This document shows positions 38,690-51,812 of a stretch of DNA of 64,000 nucleotides, piece by piece. Every line of letters begins with the position of its first letter. Positions within the stretch are counted from its first letter, which is position 1. The DNA comes from Paraspadella gotoi (Eukaryota; Animalia; Chaetognatha): NCBI GenBank assembly GCA_051294375.1, contig CM119268.1, positions 1,586,549 to 1,650,548 on the forward strand, read 5' to 3'. Both the position numbers and the translations under genes were made by a program. The notes below the pieces were generated by a model. That model was not told where the DNA came from. It saw only the letters and a program-made list of their open reading frames with translations, and ran no database searches.

Positions 38690-41323
38690 TTTTATTTATT
38701 TTTTATTGATTGATGATTGATGATTGATTGATTGATTGATGATGATTTATTTATTTATTTATTATTTATTTATTGATTGATTAGCGAATTACTTACATGT
38801 TGTCATAGTGACTTATTTCGATCACAACCCTTCACCTGGACGATCCCCAATGGAAATATTGTGAAGCTTGAGGACGGCCGTAAACCGCCTGAGGCGTGGA
38901 AAACCTCAGCCCGGTTTACACGCGCAGGACCCTTTCCATTGCTGCTGAGGGCCAGAAAAGATACGGTTGAGTACTCTTGATTTATATATTTGATTGATCG
39001 ATTAAAGGAATGAAATAAATAATATAAATATAAGAATGAATGAATGAATGAATTAATGAATGAATGAATGAAATGAAAGAATGAAGAAATGATAGAATGA
39101 TAAATGAATGAATGAATGAATGAATGAGTAAATAAATATTCGACTAAAATAATTAAACTGATGAAAAAAATCAATGAGCTAAGGCTGCTTAACATTTTTA
39201 CCTCAGTTTCAGTTCCCCTCGCCCCCCCACACACCCCACCCTCTTCCCCTCCCCCCGCCCTTCCGCTCTCTTTCCCCTCTCAGTGGGAGAGGCGGCGTGG
39301 GGAAAGGAATTGTCCGATATTATGGGCAGCGCAATAAATCGTTGGTTCGACCATTGGAAATCGTTCATGAGAGATGACGACGACAAGAGAAGACGAGACG
39401 ACGGACGACGACGACGACGACGAGGATAGAGTAGTCTCCAGCGTTTTTTGTGGCTGACGAATCGACGTAAAAAACGCATTCATAAGGACAATTTAGAATT
39501 TTAAATTTAAATTCCAAATTCAAATTTTAAAATGTAATATTATCGCTGATTGGTTTTGATGTGATCGGTTTGAATTTAATACATTCTTGTGATTAACAAG
39601 ACATTAACTACATTTGTACTCGTTCCAAGACCAAGGCGCTGATACTTTTCTTCGCTCATCATCTCCATTAGATTCTCTTTTATTTTCGATTTTTTTTTTT
39701 CTTTATCTTTCCAGTCTTTATATTTTTTAGTTCCGCGAATACTCGCGGAGCAACTCTCTAAGTACTTTTCGGTCGGTCGGTCGGTCCTCCGTCGGTATGA
39801 CTGTCCGTCGGTCTGTCCCACTTACCTAAAAATGCATATGATTTGCCTATAGTATTTAAAAATCCTAAAACTATAAGGAATAAATACGGAATTTTTATTC
39901 AGTGCATGTCATAAATACACGGGCTAAAAAGTTATTGTAGTCAGTAGTCATTATGTCACATCTCAAAAAATACCGTGAATAGGCAGTCACTGCGGCGAAA
40001 GATTATAATTACCGTTCTTGTCAACACACTTTCACAGAGAATCAAAGTTTGGTACGGGAGGCAAGTCATTCGCCTTCAGACCAAAGGTTCGGGTTCTAGC
40101 CCCGGTGGTCGCCTAGCAGTAAGAGGACGGGCGCTTAACCCGCCTGTAACACGGTGTACAGCCTGATCCGAGCTCAGGACTGCTTATATTGAACGGTTCC
40201 GTCACTAACTCATAACCATTATTACTGTCTCTCACCTTTGTCTCTCTTCTTGCGCTCTCCTCTTTCTTTATATATAAGTCAATCTTCCAAATTCGAATTC
40301 GTTTTTTTGTTGTTTTTTTATTCCCGCGCCATCTGTGATAGAATTAATAATTTGGTGAGTGAATTGTGTGTTTTCTCTTTAAAAGTTCGACGCTTCGAAC
40401 GACCGCGATATGGATAAATAAAGAAAGAAAATAAAAAAACAACAACAAAAAACAATGAGAAGGAATTCGTCGCAAATCTCCCTTTTTTGTTTATGAAGAT
40501 GACGATATAAACGGTTAACGAGTTAACGGTTAACGTTAACCCCGCGCGTCTCCTCTTCGATATAGTCACGCGATGTTGCGTCGCCATGTCAACTCAGTTG
40601 AAGTGAAAACGAGGCCTTAATACTCAATAGTGACACGTAGCGTATTTGTCTTAATTGCTTCGTCGGAAACCGTGGAAATAGATATTAAAAAAACACATCC
40701 GATCTGAAATTACTCTGTTTGATATTATTTCTCTTTAAAAATTAGCGTGTCTTGTATTGTTGTAACTGTCATGTCAATGTCGGTCCGTATATGTTCATTG
40801 TAGTGTCCCGTCATATCAATGAAACGTCATTTAATGACGTGTCACGACATATAAATGTCGTGTCAATGTCGTGTCCGTCATGTCAATTTCGTGTCACGTC
40901 ATGTCAATGTCGTGTCACGTCAATGTCGTGTTACGTCAATGTCGTGTCAACATCATGTCATTTCGTGTCATGTCATGTCAATGTCGCTCTGCTCGCGTCT
41001 CATGTCTTCAAACTGTGCTGCGCCCTCAACTTCCCCCTTTCCTCCATCTCCTCCTCCTCTATCTCCTCCTCCTCCTCCCTTTTTACCCTCTCCGCCCCCT
41101 TCTGAGCGATAATATGTTTCAGAAGTAATAGAGGATAACGACGTCCGGTCGTCGTCGTCGTCGTCGTCGTCGTCGACTTTCCTTATTTTCGAGAACAAAG
41201 TCGATTTTCTTTTTTTATTTAAAAAAAAAAGGGAAAAAATGTGGCGACTGCCAGATGATGCCGCTCAGTGTTAATGAAAAAATTGTTGTAACGGGTCGAA
41301 GAGGAATAGGAGACCGATGCTTT

Positions 41324-41377
<54 letters not shown>

Positions 41378-42221
41378 CTGTCCTCGACATTCTGTCGCGA
41401 CACCACGACGCCATCTCTGGATTATGATGAGACTGCGAGACCTCTTTCCTTTTTTCTGGGTCAAAACTGACCTTTTGTTGAACTCATCTCACAAGGATCG
41501 AAAAAAAGGGGAAAATTGGAGAGTTTCTCAAAATATTTGCGCACTAATCGAGTTTCCTTAAAAGAGCCAGAAAAAAAAGTTTGGAAATATTAATATAATT
41601 AATTTATTTTTACAAGTAAAAATTTTTTTTTCGCTTTCAGCTGTGCTCGAAGAATTCATTTGAATTTGGAGAAGTACAAAAAGATTATTAACCCAATTAA
41701 AAAACAATCTTCTTGCTATAGTTTATGTATATAATTATGTATGTAATTGTATAATTTCATTTAAATTATTGAGCTCGAATCATTCCCTTGATTCCTTATC
41801 AAATTATGAAATTATGTAATTAACATTATACATAAAAATCAATATTCCCGTAATCCTGGTCTTGACGGCCAAGCACTGTATTGGAACTAGTATTGCAGTG
41901 TATGTGAACTTTTTCCAACATCTCATATTTCACTTAATCACCGCAAACAATTTTTCAACTTACAGAGTCGACCATGAAAAACTGATTAAAACCACACGGT
42001 TTCTTGTTACCTCTCTCTCTCTCTCTCTTTTCTTCCGATTCTCTCTCTCTCTCTTCTCTCATTCTCTCTCTCTCTTTCTTTCATTCTCTCTCTCTCTTCT
42101 TTCATTCTCTCTCTCTCTTTTTCTCATTCTCCTCTCTTTCTCTCATTCTCTCTCTCGCTCTCTCTTCTCTCATTCTCTCTCTCTCTCTTTCTGCATTCCT
42201 CTCTCTCTCTTTCTCTCATTC

Positions 42222-42252
<31 letters not shown>

Positions 42253-42633
42253 TTCTTCATCTCTCTCTCTCTTTTTCTCATTCTCTCTCTTTCTCTCATC
42301 TCTCTCTCGCTCTCTCTTTCTCTCATTTCTTCTCCTCTCCTTCTCTCATTCTCTCTTTCTCTCATTCTCTCTCTCTCTCTTTCTCTCATTCTCTCTCTCC
42401 TTTCTTTCAATTCTCTCTCTCTCTTTCTTTCATTCTCTCTCTCTCTTTTTCCATTCTCTCTCTTTCTCTCATTCTCTCTCTCGCTCTCTCTTTCTCTCAT
42501 TCTCTCTCTCTTTCATTCTCTCGGCTCATTCTCTCTTTCTTTCTCTCTCTCTCTCTTTCATTCTTCGCTCATTCTCTCTTTCTTTCTCTCTCTCTCTCTC
42601 TCTTCTCTATTCTTTCTCTCTCTTTCTCTCCAT

Positions 42634-42690
<57 letters not shown>

Positions 42691-43896
42691 CCCTGTCGCG
42701 CGTCTCTCTCTCGCGGCGCCCGCGAACACGCGCTCTCCATCGCGAGACCGGAGCGCCCGTCCACGGATCTCATAAATCAACTTCTCGTCGCGAAGATAAG
42801 GAAAATGACGACGCAACGATTACGCAGCGACGGCGCAAAAAAAACAACAACGCAGCTTTCTGCTACAATGACGCGCAATGACGCTAAATAACGATAACGC
42901 AAAAAATGCAGCAAGAACGCGACTACGTCAACTACGACGACGACGACGTTGCGTCGAGTGCGCAGGGACTCACTAATGACTCGACGACGAACGCACCGGG
43001 AAGTTTAACCACAACTCTATCACAATTTTATCAACATTTTACCACAATTTTATCTCGGATTTAGAAAAAAAAAAATAGATGGAAACTAAATTTTGCGTCT
43101 CTCCAGAGTCAAGTGTCTAAGAGTTAAATTAAGGTTGCGATTTAACTTATTAAAAAAAGAAATAAAAAAGCGGAGAGACGCATCCGGCATTTTAGTTGCG
43201 GGCCGCAAGTAACTCGGAGGCAACTCTATAGGCCTTTTCGGTCGTCGGTAGGTATGTCTGTCGTTAGTCTGTTCTACTTACGTTAAATTGCATATATTCG
43301 TTTAAGTTGGTTGCTCATTTGTTAAGATAGGAAAAAACCTTAAATCTAAGGGACTGCTAGCGCCGCTTCAGGAAATCCTAAAACTATAAGGAATAAAAGA
43401 CTCGATGCAGTGCATGTCATAAATACAAGGGCTGAGAAAGCTTTTTACTCACGTCATGTCACGTCATGTCATATCATGTGATCAAAGGAAATACGCGTGA
43501 AAATAAAGTCACTGCGGCGCAACACATTGGAATCACCGTTCTTGTTTTTTCTACAAACGACGGCATCGACGCATCGAATGAATTTAATTTTAATTCCGCA
43601 ATAATTTCTATTAAAAGTCGAACTAATGAAGTAGAAGTTGACGAGTTGACGATAAGAAGTTTAAATAAATAATTCATTTTCTTGGTTCAATGATATTATT
43701 TAAATACTAAGAGGGAACCGGCAATTTAGATAATGAGATAGAAGCGAAACGTATACTAACTATCATCACAGATGGAATCGGAACCAAAAATAGTATCGGA
43801 TAAGCAAATGATAAATGATAAGTAAATGATAAGTAAATAATAAATGATAAGTAAATGATAAATGAAAAATAAATGCTAAGTAAATGCTATCAACAA
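35291..43896 (+). repeat. Direct duplicate of 19834-20300 plus 26577-35265
   Basis: Starts with catcattcttctatatatcg (=19834) directly after a 25-N gap; ends with aaatgctatcaacaa (=35265). Differences are mostly 1-nt indels. Confidence 0.9.
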
Positions 43897-45661
43897 TCCT
43901 AATGTCTTTGCATTAGGAGCATCATATGCAAACTTAGATCATAAATAAAATAAAAAAACCCATATATCCAAAATTAATGAATACGCAATTCCAACCCTAA
44001 CAACTATTAACTATCTTAGTAATTTTTGCAAATACATAAACTCTGAGGCGAAACCATCCACGCGTCCCTCTGGCGCCAGGGGAGAGAGATTCTCGCGGCA
44101 AAAAGTATTTTCCGCGTCTTTTGTTTCTTTAACGACGTCGTAAAAAAGAAGAATAAAATGGAAGGGAAGTTGGCGAAGTGAATGATTCAGATTTATATTC
44201 CAAACTCGAGTTTTCCCATTATTATTTCCCGTAAATCTTTTTTTAAATAGAAGCACATAGGCTTTTATATTTAAAAAAAAACCCCTTCCTTATCACATAT
44301 TTCGGTATCAGTGGGGAGAAATTCGCCTCGTGACCCGTGTATCTTTTGGTCATTTCTTTGTGGTCATTTCTCTCTCTTTTGTGATTTTGGCCGATTTTCG
44401 ACAACTAAACGTTTCTTTATTTATTATTATTTATTTATTATTTATTTATAATTAATTTTTGTGACCGGTCCTTCAGTCGACCTGAAGAATCGTCGCTCGT
44501 GATTAAACGTCGTTTTTACGATTCATTGACTTTTGCTACTATTTTTGTCACGTCTGCTACGTCTTGTGTCACGGAGAAAATACCAGTTTTACCGTTATTG
44601 AACTCGTCTTATAGATTTCTTATAGATTTCGACGGGTGAAACCTTCGAACGACTCGTCCGCAAAGCTTGGAGACTCAAAACGTCTCTACGAATCCTCTCC
44701 ATTAGATTTCGAGATTTCCCTTCCATTCTCTCGAATATATTAAAACGATCCGATATTGACTGGAAGCGACAACACATTCCCCATAAGTAAAAGTTAAACT
44801 TTTTCCTAAAACACATGTTACAAGATAAAGTGAAAATAACGAAGTAAAATTTTAAAAAAAAGTTTCCTATGCCTGAGGTTTTTTTTTAAAATTGGGGCAA
44901 GAATTATCGACGAAGCAACATATGGCGCTTTGGAGCGCATTTCTTGCTTCGAGATTCGTTTAAAACTCCATGAATATTATATTACATTGCGCCGTTGTTT
45001 AATATTTAAGAGGGAATCATTAAAAGAGAGAAGCAGATGATGCAGCTCGGTGGGAAATGATGTTGTTTGGCTTCGTTCTGGAGAGGAGGTAATTCCACTT
45101 TAAATTTGTTTGCAAAACATCAGTCTGATTTGTACTTACGAAGTACAGTTTAAACTTTTACCAATTTTATAATATCATTTAACGTTTTTTGTCAGACGAA
45201 TTTTAAAATAAGTATAAAAAAGATATAAATCAAATTATTTCGTTTTAAATTTAAAGGGACCGAGAGTCGCCATGCCTCTCTGTGATTGTGAATAGCGCCC
45301 ACACTTAGTGTGCCCATCAGTTCTGGGAGCTTTTTCCGGCAGTTGCCTTGCTTTCCGGAGAAGAACCCGTGACTATTGGGTCCGGGGATGAAGCCTTAAA
45401 CCATTGCGCTATTACGGCGCTGATGGAAGGAACAGTCTTATCCAACGGATAGTAATATTACATCACTTCAAAGTTATAAATGAAAAGAAGAAAAATGTTA
45501 TGGAGGAAAACTAAAATAGAGGTATATAATTCCAATGATTGGCTGACAATTACTAACTGATTGACGTGGCTCAGTTTCTAAAATAGATTTGGTTGTTTTT
45601 TTTTCGATTTATGCTTACATGAAAAAAAAATCAAAACAAAAAGAACAATTTGAGAGAAGAG

Positions 45662-45742
<81 letters not shown>

Positions 45743-45760
45743 CTTAACCAATCGACAAAC

Positions 45761-45992
45761 CGTATAATTCGTCCATGTCGTCGTCGTAGTCGTCGTCGTC
45801 GTCGTTCATCCCGGGTCGTCCGTCGTCGTTGAAAGGCGTGCAGACCCCATTGTCTGGCGGCACCGATCTGGAATCTACGACGCGTACGAAAAGGTAACAC
45901 AATACAAAATCTTCATCTCTCTCTCCTCCTTTCTCTCCAACTCACATTCACTCTCACGAGATCCACCGATACTCTTCTACACTCTCTCTCCT

Positions 45993-46025
<33 letters not shown>

Positions 46026-48194
46026 AGTCTGGACCGCATTTTCGTCTATTTTGTTGCCAATTTTGTTGATTGCCTTCTTTCGTTGGCTTCTTTTTCTTGG
46101 ATTCAATAAAACTTTCTTCGGATTTTTCATTCTCGAATCTCTGCTGACTCAACTGCTTGGAAAAATTGCCTGTCTCTACCTTTAAGTATTTATTTATAAG
46201 CAAAGAACAATTTTTGAAAAGATTAAATCATTTCATGCGTGAAATCTTAAGATCCACTTCTGAAGACGAGATTTTATTGCGTTGAAAACATTTCAGTTAT
46301 TTCAAGTTACGAAAAAGTATTTACCTATATTTTTTNNNNNNNNNNNNNNNNNNNNNNNNNNNNNNNNNNNNNNNNNNNNNNNNNNNNNNNNNNNNNNNNN
46401 NNNNNNNNNNNNNNNNNNNNNNNNNNNNNNNNNNNNNNNNNNNNNNNNNNNNNNNNNNNNNNNNNNNNNNNNNNNNNNNNNNNNNNNNNNNNNNNNNNNN
46501 NNNNNNNNNNNNNNNNNNNNNNNNNNNNNNNNNNNNNNNNNNNNNNGTCGTCCGGAATTCTCGGAACCACGCACCTGATTAAGATATAAAGATTTTCCAC
46601 GAATTTTCATTTTTTAATTATACATACATTGAAACAGGATCTTTCATAACTTGATTAATTAATTAATCAGTCGCTGACTTACACGTATTCTTTGCAAGAG
46701 GTGGTCGTAGCGGGTTCGAGAATTAGGCTGCCGTAAAAGGGACAATCAAGGTTCCGCTTGAAGGTCTCCAACTCGCTCGTTCCCTCTTCCGGAATATTTT
46801 CACACGGGAGACAGATATCGCGCTCCTGACCGCAGATGGAAAGCCCACCGACGCCTCTCACGGTGCCCTTGGGGCAAACTTGGCCCGGGAGGAATTTCTG
46901 AGTACAGGGTCGAGGTTATGGAAGCTGTTAGCGTATTGTATATAGTATTTAATTTGACTATAGAGTGTAGGGAAAAGGTAAAATATTTTAGTAACGGCTA
47001 TATTAAAAAAACTTTATCCTTCATNNNNNNNNNNNNNNNNNNNNNNNNNNNNNNNNNNNNNNNNNNNNNNNNNNNNNNNNNNNNNNNNNNNNNNNNNNNN
47101 NNNNNNNNNNNNNNNNNNNNNNNNNNNNNNNNNNNNNNNNNNNNNNNNNNNNNNNNNNNNNNNNNNNNNNNNNNNNNNNNNNNNNNNNNNNNNNNNNNNN
47201 NNNNNNNNNNNNNNNNNNNNNNNNNNNNNNNNNNNNNNNNNNNNNNNNNNNNNNNNNNNNNNNNNNNNNNNNNNNNNNNNNNNNNNNNNNNNATATGAAG
47301 TAGGAAGCAGTACATCGAAAACGCGTTCCAGCGGAGAGAGAAAAAAAACAAAAAAATATTTCAACGATTAAGTTTAAACTTAAAANNNNNNNNNNAGTCG
47401 CGCTTGCAGACGCTGCTGTTGCGATCTTCCGCGCAGACCGTGTAGGCGGCGCCGCATTGATCTTGGGACGCGACCTTTCGCATGCAGGTCGTGTCGCAAA
47501 TCTACGAAATTCGTCGACTATATAGTTTGTATTTATAATTTGTACATTTTATAATTTGATTGTATTACTGTACGAGTCATGCGACTGTATAAAGTGACAA
47601 TCAGGCTGACGGACATTAGGTGTTCCTAAAACAAAGTTCGTAGGCCTGAGGACACCGCGAGGAGCCAGGCTCGCCGTGCCTCTCTGACAGTGTGGATAGC
47701 CCCCAGCTGTCCCACACTTGGTGTTCCCAGTGGGTCTGGTAGATTTTTCCGTCAGTTGCCTTGCTTTCAGAAACTTCGGAAAAGCGAGACCGTGCTAGGG
47801 TAACCGCGCCAGTGATAGGAGGCGTCACCCCCAGAGCCAGCAGTGAGATGCCCCATCCCAAAGGGCATCCCAGACAACCCGGCTGTTGCCATGACGCCCG
47901 CTATTACTCCACCGAGGCTGCGGTGGCGACGACGGGCGTCACTCGCCTGGTCCTCGGGCGCCGGCGGCGGGGTCCATTCGCAGGTTGCCTCGAAACACCC
48001 GGTCTCCGAGTTGTTCTTCCCGCGCGCGTTGTACGTCCAGCACGTATCCGGATATCCGGCCATCGCGGACTCGGTGCACGTGTTGTTGTAATCGTCGGGT
48101 TCGTTGCATTCGATGCATTTGATGACNNNNNNNNNNNNNNNNNNNNNNNNNTCGCCAACCGCAACGTCTTTGTCGAGACGCCGTGGAAAGGCGC
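45761..48194 (-). CDS. Uncharacterised multi-exon Cys-rich, probably extracellular protein; exons 48194-47947 (spans a 25-N gap), 47501-~47396, 46897-46683, 46574-~46547, 45874-45761
   Basis: VIKCIECNEPDDYNNTCTESAMAGYPDTCWTYNARGKNNSETGCFEATCEWTPPPAPEDQ / ICDTTCMRKVASQDQCGAAYTVCAEDRNSSVCKRD / KFLPGQVCPKGTVRGVGGLSICGQERDICLPCENIPEEG...DCPFYGSLILEPATTTSCKEY(V) / CVVPRIPDD / SRSVPPDNGVCTPFNDDGRPGMNDDDDDYDDDMDELY. Splice phases agree where both ends are visible; NxS/T sequons present. Start and end of the gene are not resolved. Confidence 0.75.
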
Positions 48195-51100
48195 CTGGAT
48201 GGGAGGGTGGAGAGGTGTGGAAATGAAAATGAGTGATGGAGCTGAAGGAAGAGGAGAGATGAAGAGAGAGAGACGGAGAGGGGGAGAGAGATGCGGAGAT
48301 GAGAGAGGGAGATGAGAGGAGAGAGAGAGGAGAGAGGGAGAGAGAGTGAGATGGAGGAGAGAGAGAGAGAGGAATTGATGAGAGAGAGAGAGAGAGAGAA
48401 GAGAGAGAGAGCGAATGGAAGAAAGGAGAGACGAGAGAGAGAGAGAGATAGAGAGAGAGAGGAGAGAGAGTATAGAGTGTGTGTAGAATGATAGACACCC
48501 TTGGAAGATAGGAGACTATTTCATAACCCAAACGAATTGAAGAAAAGTGTAAAATTTGATTTCATCGACTGCCCACACCGCTACGCGACCAATAACATCT
48601 TACGGCCTCTCTGGAAATTTATGATTTTATTCGATATGAACGGCTGTGTTTGCGACCTTTCTAGTCTCTGATAGGATTTTTATAGAATAATAAACGATTA
48701 TAATACCTGGGGCCCCTCGAGGAGAGGGGCTATCGGATCTATTCTCACCTTCAGAGATTCAATTATGGACAGAAAAAATTGAAAGTCCGCAGGACTGGGG
48801 ATCTTTCGCCGCATTTCTCTCGAGAGGAGCAAGCGATTTTAATTACGCTGAGGACAAGTGGGTGTACTCCCTCATTCCTTCGTTTTCTGGAGTGATCGGC
48901 GAAATAACTGAAATCTACGCGGACAATCCCAAGCATATATCTTCTCGAAACGTCCCTTTTTTCCTTCTGTCGCCCCCGAATTAAGTATTATCAAAAATAG
49001 AAATTCTGTTATTTCTTCATGCTTCTTCTTCGACGCGAGATCCGCGCGTGGGGTTTTTTATTAATTTCCACTTTTTTATGTCTCGAATTGTTGTGTGTTC
49101 TCTAGTTATTGTTTTTTACCATTTTTGATTTTTCAAAGTTGGAATGGCCTCGGAAGTTATTTTTAGCACCCGCCTGCAGATTTTTCACACTGTGACATTC
49201 CTCAGCAGTCGGGCAGGGGCATCTTGACCCCTTGCCGGCCTGGCGAAAACCCCGGGGCACCTACTCACCCTGACGCATGCCTGGTGAAACGCCCAGCGAC
49301 CGTGCCGAAAAGCTTCGCGTTTGGCTTGGCGCGCTGTCACTGTCGAACTTTAACGCTTTTTTTCGTCCTCATCGCGGTGCGATTGTTAATTATTTCCCAC
49401 TCCTTTTGTGGTGAGAGAACGATTGGTCGTGTATTTAGCTTACTCACTATTGCCCTGCCATCGAACTTTGTAATGCTACGGTTGTGTTTTCCTCTACATA
49501 CACACTAATCCTAGCTTTCAAATTCTGCATTAGTCCTCCTCTTCATTCTTTATTCGCTAACTCCCCTTGTCTCTGGTTTCCCTTGTCTCTTATTTTCCGG
49601 AATCCTGGCGGGGAATGTCGTCTTCCCAAGGGTTGATTCTGGAAATGTGACCAAAAAAAAAAGAGCATCGGGAATTTCACAAGCATTTTCTTCAGTATAT
49701 TCAAAATCTCTCTCTCTCCTCTCTCTTCTGTCTCTCTGCTCTCTCTCTCTCTTTTGTGGCAAGAAGACTCATCGATCATTTCTACACCTCAGGAACTCCG
49801 CGATGGGAAAAACTGCGGGTCGAAACACCCCCGGAGTTCTCCGGACCTCTCTCTCTACTCCTCTGCATGGAGAGAGGGAGATCGGACGGGGATCGATCTG
49901 ACTCTCTCTCTCTGTTTCTGAAAAAGAGTAAATGTTTAAAATTGCGAGGATTAGGAAAAGAGCTGCACACAATCTGTTAAACGAGAAGAATAGCTTAGAA
50001 TACATCAGTTCTTGTAATTATATGAAATGAAGAGTAATAATTTCTCAGAAACGTTGCCTTTTAAGGCAGTGTAAAACACTTGGCCTGCAAGCCCCACTTT
50101 TGCTTTTTCAATTTATTTCTCTCTCTCTCTCTCTCTTCCTCTTTTCTTCTCTCTCTCTCGTACTCTGTGCGTCACCTTTCCGTTTGAATATATTCCCCCA
50201 ACGTTCAGCGTTGATTTTTCTTTTTTTCCGTTTTTTTATTTTGTTCCAACTCATGATTTTCAGGAATCGCTCTTTTTCTGTAATTTGGATACCAAAAGTG
50301 TGGATATATCTCTTAGTTTATTTACGTTTATGCTTTTTTTTAACTTACCAAATTCCAAATGTGTTCTAATGATATGACATCACGTGATACGAACCCTTAT
50401 TCCCGAACAGGTTAAGGGCCAACTCGCGGGATTTAAACTATACCCAGTTGAATCTCATCGGCGGGGAAACGAGACGAAGAGGTGAAAACCAAAACACCGA
50501 GAGCAACTAGGATCAACTTTCATTTAGAATTTGAGTCCCAAAACATGGAGAAAAAAACATGGGGGAGACAGAGAAAACCATGGAATCGGGGGTTCAAGGT
50601 AAATTTAATCGACTTGTTTCGATTAGATGGCTCGTTCTTTTCCAGTTCATTACGATTAATTAAAGGGGGAGGAAAAAAACTCGTTGTTCGAGTCGAGTCG
50701 AAGTCGCTCCCGGGTCGCTTTCCAAGTCTTCGAATGATTTGAGAGATTAGATCGAACAAAAACTTCGACGTCTTGAGAATTCTCGACGCACGTGACAACT
50801 CAGGAGCGTAGTCGGAGTTTGAATCCATGAAGGTTAAGAGGCGCGTGGAGGACGCTCGGGCATTTCGAACGAAGCCTTTAATTTTCATTCTCGCAACATT
50901 TCATTTGATTTATTTATTAAAAGTATTATTAAATATAAATATTATTTGATTAAGATAACGGATGACATTATTATATGTAAAGACTAAAAACGGGTTATTT
51001 ATTTTAAAAAAAGATAAATTCCAAATAGAACACGTTAAAAATATATTACGCAAATACAAAGAAGATCCCAAAAAAAAGGTAAATCTCGTTTTTGCCAACA

Positions 51101-51459
51101 GGTTTTATCACCGTGCGAGTGTAAAAGGCCGTCACAGAAAAGCAATATGACTAGAATGAAAATAAAAATTGGAAAACAGAAATATCTACATCAAATGTAA
51201 TTAAATCAATGGTAAGTCTGATCTTGAGGATCATAAAATACCTATCACATAAGGACCCTAAGATTGCCTATTATTTAGCAGTGATTCCTAAAGACACGTT
51301 GAAAAATGCTGCCTTCCTTCCAAATCCCAGATTGAAAATTTTCCGTCACGCTTAGCCTTAACACATGCCGCGTGTTTAAATCCATTTCGTACGATATTGG
51401 ACAATTCTGTGAGCTAATCGAGGTTTGTATTTGACGTTGACCTCGTCGATGCCACTTTG

Positions 51460-51631
51460 TCACGATCCGTCTTTATTTGTACGATGATCGATACGATCGC
51501 CCGGCGGAGGGCAGCACTTGTACTCGTAGACGCAAACGCAGCCACTTTTCGTCTCGAAGTCTTCGGCCCAGTTTGTGTTGCAGACGAGGCTGGAGTTGGT
51601 CAGCGGGGGCGGACCGCAGACGAGCGGGCAG
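51460..51631 (-). CDS. Cys-rich exon, apparently terminal, of an unknown gene
   Basis: Acceptor CCTCACCTCGCAG, then CPLVCGPPPLTNSSLVCNTNWAEDFETKSGCVCVYEYKCCPPPGDRIDHRTNKDGS* (7 Cys); GC-rich codons in an AT-rich context. Confidence 0.6.
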
Positions 51632-51812
51632 CTGCGAGGTGAGGAAACCATCGGGTAAGTTAAACTTGAGTAAGAGGTTAAACTAAGAATGATGTCAACT
51701 TACGAAACTCCGCCGTTCCCGCGTTTTTGAATGTCGTGACTCTGGAGGTGACAAAAAAAANNNNNNNNNNNNNNNNNNNNNNNNNTAAAATGTTTTAAAT
51801 GCGAATTAGAAA

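Noticed and set aside
44595-44816. ORF QSISDRFNIFERMEGK... as the next exon of the Cys-rich gene
   Set aside because: The acceptor is plausible, but the phase-1 join gives only VNIGSF*; the frame cannot be decided without transcripts.
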